Part shown: in pieces, positions 1 to 7,172 of the stretch
How positions within the stretch are numbered: the first letter of the stretch is position 1
How the letters are laid out: each line of letters starts with the position of its first letter
IMG/VR virus record: IMGVR_UViG_3300040985_000787
Coordinates: 1-34,178 of that record
Length of the DNA: 34,178 nt
Origin: a virus
Lineage: Duplodnaviria > Caudoviricetes
Reading direction: 5' to 3' (one strand)
Translations under genes and position numbers: made by a program
Notes under the pieces: generated by a model
The model's input: the letters and a program-made list of their open reading frames with translations, nothing else
Told to the model about the DNA's origin: nothing
The model's database searches: none

Positions 1-93
1 GAAGGCAAGGAAAAGGAACGGGCGGCTATCGAGCGTTGGAAGGAGCAGGCCCGCGCCGAGTTGGCAGGGGGCGAGGAAGGCCCTTGCAAATGA
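1..93 (+). CDS. 3' end of a CDS truncated by the window edge (EGKEKERAAIERWKEQARAELAGGEEGPCK*)
   Basis: Frame 1 is open from base 1 to TGA 91-93; helical, charged protein-like composition. Confidence 0.55.
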   Translation, partial: EGKEKERAAIERWKEQARAELAGGEEGPCK

Positions 94-112
94 TTTCCCA
101 ATGTGCCATAGT
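84..112 (+). promoter_or_regulatory. Sigma70-like promoter for the HNH gene
   Basis: TTGCAA (84-89), 17 nt, CATAGT (107-112), with extended -10 TG at 104-105. Confidence 0.6.
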
Positions 113-118
113 AGTTAG

Positions 119-206
119 GCCAAGGAATGATCCCCTTGGCGAGCGATATGCTCATGCCGCGGCCGGAGTCCAAGGCCGGTCGCGGTATCTAGCCTTGGAG
201 GGCACA
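119..206 (+). promoter_or_regulatory. Structured 5' leader with predicted RBS-occluding pseudoknot
   Basis: Hairpins 119-140 and 141-153; 13-bp stem 154-166/176-188; loop TCCAAGG (169-175) complementary to CCTTGGA (193-199), which overlaps SD GGAGG (197-201). Confidence 0.55.
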
Positions 207-662
207 ATGAAAGATCAAGAAATCCACGGACAGTATCGGCAGTGTACGCAGTGTAAAGAATGGAAACTCTCCAGAGACTGTTTCCACAGTCGAGGCGATG
301 GTGGCCTTACTTCACATTGCAAAGAATGCAGGAACGAGCGGAATAGGGAATATCAGCAAATCCCGGACGTTGCCAAACGAAAGGCTGCTAGGGACAAGGC
401 GTGGGCCACTGCGAACAAAGAGAGGCGCAATGCGCAAACGAGGCGTTACTACCAACAAAACCGGGACAAAGGGAGAGCAAGGAAGCAGTTTGAGTTAGCC
501 GTCAGGTATGGCAGGATTGTTCGTGCAACGTCGTGCGAAAGTTGCGGCACTGAATGCAACCCTGATGCACACCACGAAGACTACGGCAAGCCCCTTGACG
601 TTGTTTGGCTCTGCCGCAGATGTCACCACGGCAGACACAAGGAGATCCGCAATGCCAAATAG
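207..662 (+). CDS. HNH endonuclease with N-terminal Zn finger
   Basis: CxxC...CxxC N-terminal module; C-terminal CESCG...AHHEDYGKPLDVVWLCRRCH HNH-type motif; SD GGAGG before ATG 207 (preferred over ORF start 36). Confidence 0.85.
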   Translation: MKDQEIHGQYRQCTQCKEWKLSRDCFHSRGDGGLTSHCKECRNERNREYQQIPDVAKRKAARDKAWATANKERRNAQTRRYYQQNRDKGRARKQFELAVRYGRIVRATSCESCGTECNPDAHHEDYGKPLDVVWLCRRCHHGRHKEIRNAK

Positions 663-1485
663 ACCCGTACACCTTGAGAGCATATCCGCCGTCATGGCCG
701 AATCATTCACCGCCCGTGGCGTTGACAAGGCGCACGCAGCAATCATGTCTATCATGGTCGCAAGGTCCAGCCAGCAGGTTGACCACTGGACGCAGAAGCA
801 CGCAACGGATGATTGCATGGCCACGCAGATAGACCCGAAAGATCCCGCACTTGCCGGGATGATTGCCAGCGGTCACGCTTACCCGTTGTTTGCGAGGTGT
901 GACTACTACCACTTTGACCCGGCGAACGGTTGGCCTGTGGTAGAGCGGTTGTGGCTAGAGGTGCAGGCATGCCTTGACCGTGGGGAGTTGCCTAGCGATG
1001 CGTTGCTGATGGCTCTGGGGGTGGCATTACATAATGCCTTCGACACGAGCGGCCCCCACGCAGGCTATACTGGTAGACCGTCGAAGGCCAACTACATTCT
1101 AGCCCGCAAGCGATTGCGTGAAAGGGGCGAAGATCTGCCGGTGTGGTCACGCCTGCTAGGCAAGAAGGTCTTCATCGGTCACATGGCCGATCCTGAAGCC
1201 GACCGTATAGAGCATTGCCGGGACGGGGCACAACGTAGCGCAAACAGACTGTTTTGCCTCGTGAGCGGCGGCAGTGTTGACAGTCACGAATACGCCACAG
1301 TGGACGGCACAGGCAAGGGCGAAGTGCAATCCATCATAGCCGTACAGAAAGCCCACAACGATCACGATCTAGCCCTACGCCAGCGCCGGATATTCGCAGA
1401 CGTGACGGGGCAGGAATTGCCGGAGTGGGTGCCATTCTCGGGGCTTGAGCTTGCGACGTGGAAGGGTTGCGTGGGGGGTGCGTGA
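652..1485 (+). CDS. DUF6765-like protein, probable Zn-dependent phospholipase C/P1-nuclease fold
   Basis: N-terminal His, SSQQVD, YYHFDP, LGVALHNAFDT..PHAGYTG and IGH motifs; SD AAGGAG before ATG 652. Confidence 0.55.
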   Translation: MPNRPVHLESISAVMAESFTARGVDKAHAAIMSIMVARSSQQVDHWTQKHATDDCMATQIDPKDPALAGMIASGHAYPLFARCDYYHFDPANGWPVVERLWLEVQACLDRGELPSDALLMALGVALHNAFDTSGPHAGYTGRPSKANYILARKRLRERGEDLPVWSRLLGKKVFIGHMADPEADRIEHCRDGAQRSANRLFCLVSGGSVDSHEYATVDGTGKGEVQSIIAVQKAHNDHDLALRQRRIFADVTGQELPEWVPFSGLELATWKGCVGGA

Positions 1486-1679
1486 TGGATATCAGAAAGT
1501 CACTAGCCACATGCAGCGAGTGCGGGAGACTGCCAGAAGTTACCTACGCCAAAGCACATGGCGGGGCGGGAGCGTGCGACCTAATACAGGCGTCATGCTG
1601 CGACAGGCAGACTAGCCGGACTCCATACGAGTGCGTCACGATCAGGGATTGGAACAAGATGCAGGAGGCAGCCAAATGA
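1485..1679 (+). CDS. Small Lar-like (restriction-alleviation type) Zn-ribbon protein
   Basis: CSECG...CC...WN pattern; TGATG overlap with upstream stop. Confidence 0.5.
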   Translation: MDIRKSLATCSECGRLPEVTYAKAHGGAGACDLIQASCCDRQTSRTPYECVTIRDWNKMQEAAK

Positions 1680-1807
1680 GAACACCAAAACACGATGAAA
1701 ACAGTTACCCGGAGTCGATAGCATGGCAGACCGCCGTACTCGTGCTGATGGTATTCGGGGCGGTGTATACGTGGGTTGAGCGTAAGGTAAGGAGGGGGGA
1801 TGAGTGA
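1676..1807 (+). CDS. 43-aa single-pass membrane protein (not in ORF track)
   Basis: ATGA overlap, upstream AGGAGG; MRTPKHDENSYPESIAWQTAVLVLMVFGAVYTWVERKVRRGDE has one hydrophobic stretch followed by basic residues. Confidence 0.55.
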   Translation: MRTPKHDENSYPESIAWQTAVLVLMVFGAVYTWVERKVRRGDE

Positions 1808-2204
1808 ATACATAATGTGTGCTGAGTGCGGCAAAACGTGCCCGGCTGAAGACATGCTAGGAAGTACCGACTGTTGCGTTGGTTGCGCTCACGATTGGGT
1901 GGTCGACAATGTGCCGAGCAAGCCCGACGAAATAGAAGTATCATTCAATCAGTGGGCACCGATGCAGGCGAAGATTGAGCGGAGGGACGCCGAGAATGCA
2001 AGACGCATGGGACAGAGCAGAAGAAATACTGGAGGCCAAATGACCCCACAAGAAATCATCAAAGCCATCCTCGCAGCGTTGACGGCGGGGGTAGACGTTA
2101 GTTTGCAGTTCGACGGTATCACCATTGGCGAGATTGAAGTCAAGGCGCTTGTGGTGACTGTGCGGGCCGGGAAGGGCAATGATGCCCAACAAGGAGGGAA
2201 GTGA
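1800..2204 (+). CDS. Hypothetical protein with N-terminal Zn finger; possible internal start at 2040
   Basis: CAECG...CCVGC; SD AGGAGG before ATG 1800; second GGAGG before in-frame ATG 2040. Confidence 0.6.
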   Translation: MSEYIMCAECGKTCPAEDMLGSTDCCVGCAHDWVVDNVPSKPDEIEVSFNQWAPMQAKIERRDAENARRMGQSRRNTGGQMTPQEIIKAILAALTAGVDVSLQFDGITIGEIEVKALVVTVRAGKGNDAQQGGK

Positions 2205-2575
2205 TGAGCGAGCAGTGCAAGACGGTAGAGATCAACGGGACGAAGTACGTGCGGGCAGACCTTGCCGACATGAAGCCAGCCGCGGTTGACGGGCTGAATT
2301 ACGTGATCGTGCGCGGGGATCGTAGCGGCGTGTTTGCGGGATACCTGAAGCAGCGCACGGGGCGTGAAGTGGAGTTGCTGAATAGTCGGCGGATTTGGTA
2401 CTGGCAGGGAGCAGCAAGTATCAGCCAACTAGCCGCCGATGGAACCAGCAAGCCGGAAGGGTGCAAAATTCCAGCGGCAGAGCCACGCAAAACCGTGCTG
2501 GACGCAATTGAGATAATCGACTGCACCGAGAAGGCGCGCAAGAGTATTGAGGGGGTGCAGGCATGGGCGCAATAG
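2204..2575 (+). CDS. DUF6948-like phage protein
   Basis: YVIVRGDRSGVFAG...RRIWYWQGAASISQLAADG...IEII signature; SD AAGGAGG. Confidence 0.75.
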   Translation: MSEQCKTVEINGTKYVRADLADMKPAAVDGLNYVIVRGDRSGVFAGYLKQRTGREVELLNSRRIWYWQGAASISQLAADGTSKPEGCKIPAAEPRKTVLDAIEIIDCTEKARKSIEGVQAWAQ

Positions 2576-2790
2576 GCTCTGGCTCTGGCGATGGCTATGG
2601 CTCTGGCTCTGGCTATGGCTCTGGCGATGGCTCTGGCTCTGGCGATGGCTCTGGCTCTGGCGATGGCTATGGCTCTGGCTCTGGCTCTGGCTCTGGCGAT
2701 GGCTCTGGCTCTGGCTCTGGCTCTGGCTATGGCGATGGCTCTGGCGATGGCTATGGCTCTGGCTCTGGCTATGGCTCTGGCGATGGCTAA
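2563..2790 (+). CDS. 75-aa Gly-X (X=S/D/Y) repeat peptide
   Basis: ATG 2563 overlapping the end of the DUF6948-like gene, G-rich SD-like GAGGGG upstream, TAA immediately after the repeat. Confidence 0.55.
   Translation: MGAIGSGSGDGYGSGSGYGSGDGSGSGDGSGSGDGYGSGSGSGSGDGSGSGSGSGYGDGSGDGYGSGSGYGSGDG
2575..2787 (+). repeat. Hexanucleotide microsatellite GGC(TCT/GAT/TAT), about 35 units
   Basis: 213 nt built only from GGCTCT, GGCGAT and GGCTAT units. Confidence 0.98.
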
Positions 2791-2876
2791 CAAACACAGG
2801 AGGGCGATGGACTGAAACTAGCAACGTTTGATGCCCCCGAAATGTAGCATACTTGAGCGTCAAGATTCTAGGGGGC

Positions 2877-2921
2877 GGCGGTGACGAGGCCAACGCAGGT
2901 GCGACTCCTGCACACCGCCCA
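2877..2921 (+). ncRNA. tRNA-like fragment (acceptor-like stem + T-arm, no D or anticodon arm)
   Basis: GCAGG-TGCGACT-CCTGC (2895-2911); GGCGGTG (2877-2883) pairs with CACCGCC (2913-2919); CCA at 2919-2921. Confidence 0.3.
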
Positions 2922-2929
2922 CGTAGTTG

Positions 2930-2958
2930 TAGACTTTGGTTTTTGAGTGTAGTAACAT
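2930..2958 (+). promoter_or_regulatory. Sigma70-like promoter for the helicase-MTase gene
   Basis: TAGACT (2930-2935), 17 nt, TAACAT (2953-2958) in an AT-rich patch. Confidence 0.5.
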
Positions 2959-2969
2959 CGTTTTTGCAT

Positions 2970-3056
2970 GAGGGACTTGCAGCCCTCGATAACCTGCTGG
3001 AAAGGGGGGCGGACCCTTAGCTGCCCCCCGGACCAGCGACTAAGGGAGGTATTTCT
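2970..3056 (+). promoter_or_regulatory. Structured 5' leader with predicted RBS-occluding pseudoknot
   Basis: Hairpin 2970-2987; stems 2996-3000/3033-3037 and 3004-3012/3021-3029; loop CCCTTAG (3014-3020) complementary to CTAAGGG (3040-3046), which overlaps SD GGAGG (3045-3049). Confidence 0.55.
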
Positions 3057-5306
3057 GTGGTAGACTATCAAGAATTCCTAGCCAAAAAGAGTTTTTCAGT
3101 AGAGCCATCCGGGTTCGATGTTGACGATTCAGAAATCAATCAGATGTTGTTTGACTGGCAGCGCCGCATTGTATCGTGGGCATGCCGCCGTGGCCGCTCT
3201 GCATTGTTTGCTGATTGCGGCTTAGGCAAGACCCCGATGCAACTTGAGTGGGCACGCCTTGCCAATATCGAGACAGGTATGCCTGTGCTTATTTTTGCCC
3301 CGCTTGCTGTGTCAGCTCAGACCGTGCGTGAGGGTGTCAAGTTTGGCGTCAAGGTGACGGCAGTACGCAATCAGAGCCAATGCACGGATGGGATCAATAT
3401 CACCAACTACGAGATGCTGGAGAAGTTCGATGCCGATGCTTTTGGGGCTGTGGTATTGGATGAGAGCAGTATCTTGAAATCATTTGACGGGGTTTACAGG
3501 CAACTTCTAACTAACTTCGGCAAGTTGGTGCCGCTGCGACTAGCCTGCACCGCAACTCCTGCACCGAATGACATCATCGAAATCTGCAACCACGCTGACT
3601 TCCTCGACATTATGAGCGGTAAGGAAATCCTGGCGCTGTTCTTTCGGCAGGACGGCAACACTACGCACAAGTGGCGACTGAAGAATCATGCAACAAAGGA
3701 CTTCTGGAAGTGGATGGCTTCATGGTGCGTGGCGATGCGTAAGCCGTCCGACATTGGCGGCGACGATGGCAAGTTCATCCTGCCACCGCTGAACGTCAAA
3801 CAGGTAGTTGTGCAGTGCGGCAAACCGCAGGCAGGTTTTCTTTTCTCAGTGGAAGCGCAGACATTACAGGAACGCAGAAGTGCACGCAAGGTCAGTATAG
3901 AAGAGAGAATAGTTGAGGCCGCACGCATCGTTGCGGAGAATCCGGATGAGTCGTGGCTAGTATGGTGTGACCTGAACGTGGAAAGTGATGCGCTCAGGAA
4001 GGCAATTCCTGGAGCGGTTGAAGTCAAGGGCAGCGATTCAAACGAGCACAAAGAGAGTTCGATGTTAGGGTTTTCGTCTGGCGAAGTGCGGACCCTTGTA
4101 ACCAAAGCATCGATCGCGGGATTCGGGATGAACTGGCAGCACTGTTCTAACGTGGTGTTCTTCGGTCTGTCTGATTCATTTGAGCGGTACTATCAGGCAA
4201 TCCGTAGGTGCTGGAGATTCGGGCAGGAGCGCACCGTCAACGTCCACATCGTGACCAGTGACGCCGAGGGTGCGGTAGTCAAGAACATCGAGCGCAAGGA
4301 GCGGGAAGCTAACGAGATGTTTGATAACATAATTGCCAACATGGGGGATATGCAAATGGAGAGTTTGCAACGGTCGGAGATGACGTACAAGGCAGACGTG
4401 GCAGAAGGGAAGGGCTGGAAGTTGATGCTGGGCGATTGCGTGGAACGTATCGCAGAAGTACCGGATGAGAGCGTTGGATTGTCCGTATTCTCACCGCCAT
4501 TCCCTGGTATGTACGCATACACCAACAGCGTGCGAGACATGGGCAACGTGAGGGATCAGAGTGAGATGATAGAGCAGTACGCTTTCCTCGCAGGTGAGTT
4601 ACTACGGGTAGTCAAACCGGGCCGCTCTTGCTGTGTCCATTTGACGCAAGGAGTGGCATTCAAGGGCACCGATGGATATATCGGAGTCAAGGACTTCCGG
4701 GGGGCAATCATCGAGTGCATGCAGACTGCCGGGTGGATTTACTACGGCGAAGTGTGCATTGACAAGAACCCGCAGATCAAGGCAATCCGCACCAAAGATG
4801 CCGGGCTCCTGTTCAAGTCGCTGGCTACTGACTCAAGCCGGATGCACATGGCCCTTGCTGACTACCTGCTGCAATTCCGCAAGCCGGGCGACAACAAAGA
4901 GCCTATCAGGGCTGGGCAGTCTGAGCGGTACAACAACATGAACGGGTGGATTACCGCAGATGAGTGGATTCGATGGGCACGTCCGGTATGGTACGGATAC
5001 GATGCAGACATGAGCGACGGAATCAACGAGACAGACGTACTAAAGAACTTCCGCCATGCCCGTGATGATGACGACGAAAAGCACATTTGCCCGTTGCAGT
5101 TGGGCGTAATAGAGCGTGCTATCAAGTTGTGGAGCAACCCTGGCGATACCATATTCAGTCCGTTCACTGGAATCGGCAGCGAGGGTTACAAGGCGATCCA
5201 GTTGGGGCGTAAGTTTGTCGGGTGCGAGTTGAAAGAGAGCTACTACAACGTAGCACGTGGCAACCTTGAGATTGCCCGGTCAAGCATCAAGGGGGAGTTG
5301 CTGTGA
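3057..5306 (+). CDS. SF2 (SNF2-like) helicase fused to a beta-class amino (N4-C/N6-A) DNA methyltransferase
   Basis: Helicase motifs DCGLGKT, DESS, TAT, QAIRRCWRFGQ; MTase catalytic SPPF precedes SAM-binding SPFTGIGS; GTG start with strong SD. Confidence 0.9.
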   Translation: MVDYQEFLAKKSFSVEPSGFDVDDSEINQMLFDWQRRIVSWACRRGRSALFADCGLGKTPMQLEWARLANIETGMPVLIFAPLAVSAQTVREGVKFGVKVTAVRNQSQCTDGINITNYEMLEKFDADAFGAVVLDESSILKSFDGVYRQLLTNFGKLVPLRLACTATPAPNDIIEICNHADFLDIMSGKEILALFFRQDGNTTHKWRLKNHATKDFWKWMASWCVAMRKPSDIGGDDGKFILPPLNVKQVVVQCGKPQAGFLFSVEAQTLQERRSARKVSIEERIVEAARIVAENPDESWLVWCDLNVESDALRKAIPGAVEVKGSDSNEHKESSMLGFSSGEVRTLVTKASIAGFGMNWQHCSNVVFFGLSDSFERYYQAIRRCWRFGQERTVNVHIVTSDAEGAVVKNIERKEREANEMFDNIIANMGDMQMESLQRSEMTYKADVAEGKGWKLMLGDCVERIAEVPDESVGLSVFSPPFPGMYAYTNSVRDMGNVRDQSEMIEQYAFLAGELLRVVKPGRSCCVHLTQGVAFKGTDGYIGVKDFRGAIIECMQTAGWIYYGEVCIDKNPQIKAIRTKDAGLLFKSLATDSSRMHMALADYLLQFRKPGDNKEPIRAGQSERYNNMNGWITADEWIRWARPVWYGYDADMSDGINETDVLKNFRHARDDDDEKHICPLQLGVIERAIKLWSNPGDTIFSPFTGIGSEGYKAIQLGRKFVGCELKESYYNVARGNLEIARSSIKGELL

Positions 5307-5308
5307 AA

Positions 5309-5337
5309 TTGACCCCCACCCCCAAACCTGCTACAGT
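5309..5337 (+). promoter_or_regulatory. Sigma70-like promoter
   Basis: TTGACC (5309-5314), 17 nt, TACAGT (5332-5337), extended -10 TG. Confidence 0.7.
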
Positions 5338-5364
5338 GCCACTTTCAACTAACGAGGTAGAACC

Positions 5365-5619
5365 ATGAAATTCCGAACCGCAGCAATCCTGATCATGCTC
5401 GCCCTGTCCGTGTGTGGATGCAAGGCCAGTGATGCACCGATGCCAGCACCCGACGCAATGCAGGAAGTCAAACTCGACGTGGCACCGCTTGACGTTCCCG
5501 CAGTCGCAGAAGTCAAGGCCGAGTTGCCGCAGTTGGTTGACGTGCCGGTGCAGGAAGTGAAGCTGGACGTGCCTAAGATTGATGAAGTGAAACCAGCGCT
5601 GGAGGTTTTGGCGCAATAG
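5365..5619 (+). CDS. Small lipoprotein with acidic EVK repeats
   Basis: Signal peptide MKFRTAAILIMLALSVCGC with lipobox-like end; QEVKLDV occurs twice; SD GAGG. Confidence 0.7.
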   Translation: MKFRTAAILIMLALSVCGCKASDAPMPAPDAMQEVKLDVAPLDVPAVAEVKAELPQLVDVPVQEVKLDVPKIDEVKPALEVLAQ

Positions 5620-5999
5620 TGGGGATGGCAATGGGCCTGAGTTACGAACTGTACCGCATAAAGTACGCATTCAAGATCGGGGAAGGGTTCAGTCACCTTG
5701 ACCGCCGCCTAAAGAGCGCAATCTTCCGTGCTAAAGTCAACCTTGTGCGCCACTTCATGCGTGGGCATACCTGCATCATTGGGGCGTCATTTCCGCAAGG
5801 CATTTCAATCAGCGGGAAAGGGTTTGACATTTCTGAGGCCATGAGCCTTCGCCCGGTGGTTGCCCTGATTGACTGCGAGGTTGACAAGAACCGCAGCAAC
5901 GGGGCGTGCGTATCTGTGCATGGCGGTGCCGAAGTCTATGTGTCTGACACCAGAATAGATTTCAATGGTCCGGGAATGGTAGTGAGGGCTTACCCATAA
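5619..5999 (+). CDS. Hypothetical protein
   Basis: TAGTG overlap, fills the gap in the operon; start uncertain (5619/5625/5631). Confidence 0.55.
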   Translation: MGMAMGLSYELYRIKYAFKIGEGFSHLDRRLKSAIFRAKVNLVRHFMRGHTCIIGASFPQGISISGKGFDISEAMSLRPVVALIDCEVDKNRSNGACVSVHGGAEVYVSDTRIDFNGPGMVVRAYP

Positions 6000-6011
6000 A
6001 CAGGAGCAACA

Positions 6012-6380
6012 ATGGACAACACAACCGAAATGGCATCACTAGCCGCGGCACTCAAAGCCATCGGCGCAAACACCGAAACCTGCCAGCATTGCGGGGCACC
6101 TGAAGCCGGTGCACTCCGCTACAAATGCGGATCGTACTGGCGCCATGAAGATGGGGAGCCGGGAATCGCATCAACCCCACTCTGTCAAGCCCGCGCATTG
6201 CAGAACAATTCCTGCGAGGCAATCATCAAAACACTGAAGCATCAGGGCCAATATAAGTTCGTGCGGCGAGTGCGTGTTCCTGCCACCGAAACTAGCGGCA
6301 CCGAGGAATGGAAGATCACGGTTGAACTGGTTGACGTAGGCGACGACCGCAAGAGTGCCTTGAATCTTGTGGACCCTTAG
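6012..6380 (+). CDS. Zn-finger hypothetical protein (paralog of 7159-7494)
   Basis: TCQHCGAPEAG...YKCGS...C; SD AGGAG. Confidence 0.7.
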   Translation: MDNTTEMASLAAALKAIGANTETCQHCGAPEAGALRYKCGSYWRHEDGEPGIASTPLCQARALQNNSCEAIIKTLKHQGQYKFVRRVRVPATETSGTEEWKITVELVDVGDDRKSALNLVDP

Positions 6381-6393
6381 CGGATAATGCCGC

Positions 6394-6540
6394 ATGGCCA
6401 TATGCAACAAGTGCGGTGAGAAGGCGGCAGCATGGGAGAATGTGTGCTTTGCGTGTAGGAGCGAGGAAGCACAAGAGAAGTTTACTGAGGAAGAGGAGAT
6501 GGATGATGGACAAGACGAAGATTTGGGGCGTGAGGAATGA
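6394..6540 (+). CDS. 48-aa Zn-ribbon protein with acidic tail (not in ORF track)
   Basis: MAICNKCGEKAAAWENVCFACRSEEAQEKFTEEEEMDDGQDEDLGREE; two CxxC motifs; no clear SD. Confidence 0.6.
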   Translation: MAICNKCGEKAAAWENVCFACRSEEAQEKFTEEEEMDDGQDEDLGREE

Positions 6541-7000
6541 GGATGGTGGTTGGGTAGAGGATGATGGCGAGGGGTATTCCTATTCCGAAAAACTCTACCC
6601 TCGCTTTATGTATTGGCAGGAAAGCGACGCCGACAATGTGGCGAAGTTCAAGGGCACAAAGATAGAATTCACCCCCACGTCATACATGCGACAAGGCCCG
6701 GTGCCAGAAGGTGCCCCTGACGAGTGCCCGCTATGTGACCGCCCAATGGTATGGGATTCCGCCAAAGAGAAGGCCCCTGAGTACCTGTGCCCGCATTGCC
6801 TGAGCATCACCGAGGGGATTACAAGGGTTGCACTCAAGATGACGCTGGCGGCCCAGATACGGAAGAACATTCCGAATATCACCGAGCAGGCACTCTTGCA
6901 GATGGTTGCGGTGGCGTTTGAGGCTGCGCTGGTGTTGGCTGAAGGGCAGGCGGGGGTGAAGCGGCCTTCGATGGGAGGTTGTGATGGCAACGACGCTTGA
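6506..7000 (+). CDS. Hypothetical protein with Zn finger
   Basis: CPLC...CPHC; SD GAGGAG 6493-6498 supports start at 6506 rather than 6416. Confidence 0.65.
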   Translation: MDKTKIWGVRNEDGGWVEDDGEGYSYSEKLYPRFMYWQESDADNVAKFKGTKIEFTPTSYMRQGPVPEGAPDECPLCDRPMVWDSAKEKAPEYLCPHCLSITEGITRVALKMTLAAQIRKNIPNITEQALLQMVAVAFEAALVLAEGQAGVKRPSMGGCDGNDA

Positions 7001-7172
7001 GCAGCGGAAAGAGTTGGTTGGCTTATGGGCAGATATAGCGGAGACAGCAGCACGAAAGCACCCGCACCCATGGCCAACCGTGATGGAGAAAACGGCCAAC
7101 ACTATCCGCGAACTGTGTACTGAGATTGACGAACTGCAACGAGAAAAGGAGCAAGACAATGGACAGGACTAG
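6984..7172 (+). CDS. Small helical hypothetical protein
   Basis: SD GGAGG, overlaps both neighbours, coiled-coil-like C-terminus. Confidence 0.55.
   Translation: MATTLEQRKELVGLWADIAETAARKHPHPWPTVMEKTANTIRELCTEIDELQREKEQDNGQD

Noticed and set aside
84-662. IscB/HEARO (OMEGA) system from structured RNA plus HNH
   Set aside because: Protein is 151 aa with no PLMP or RuvC motifs, and the leader is only ~90 nt
2575-2787. CRISPR array or DGR template/variable repeat
   Set aside because: No unique spacers, and no cas or reverse transcriptase gene in the window
2798-2815. Strong SD AGGAGG followed by ATG-GAC-TGA
   Set aside because: Two-codon ORF, most simply a relic of a deleted gene; nothing supports a function
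2828-2853. Promoter TTGATG...CATACT
   Set aside because: Spacer is only 14 nt
2299-2893. Alternative-frame ORFs over the microsatellite (ARAIA, SQSH, WLWR, ALAM repeats)
   Set aside because: By-products of a stop-free hexamer repeat; only the Gly-X frame has a start and stop bracketing the tract
2877-2921. Functional tRNA or tRNA-Sec serving the MuF UGA
   Set aside because: No D arm or anticodon arm; the T-arm sequence is shared by many tRNA types
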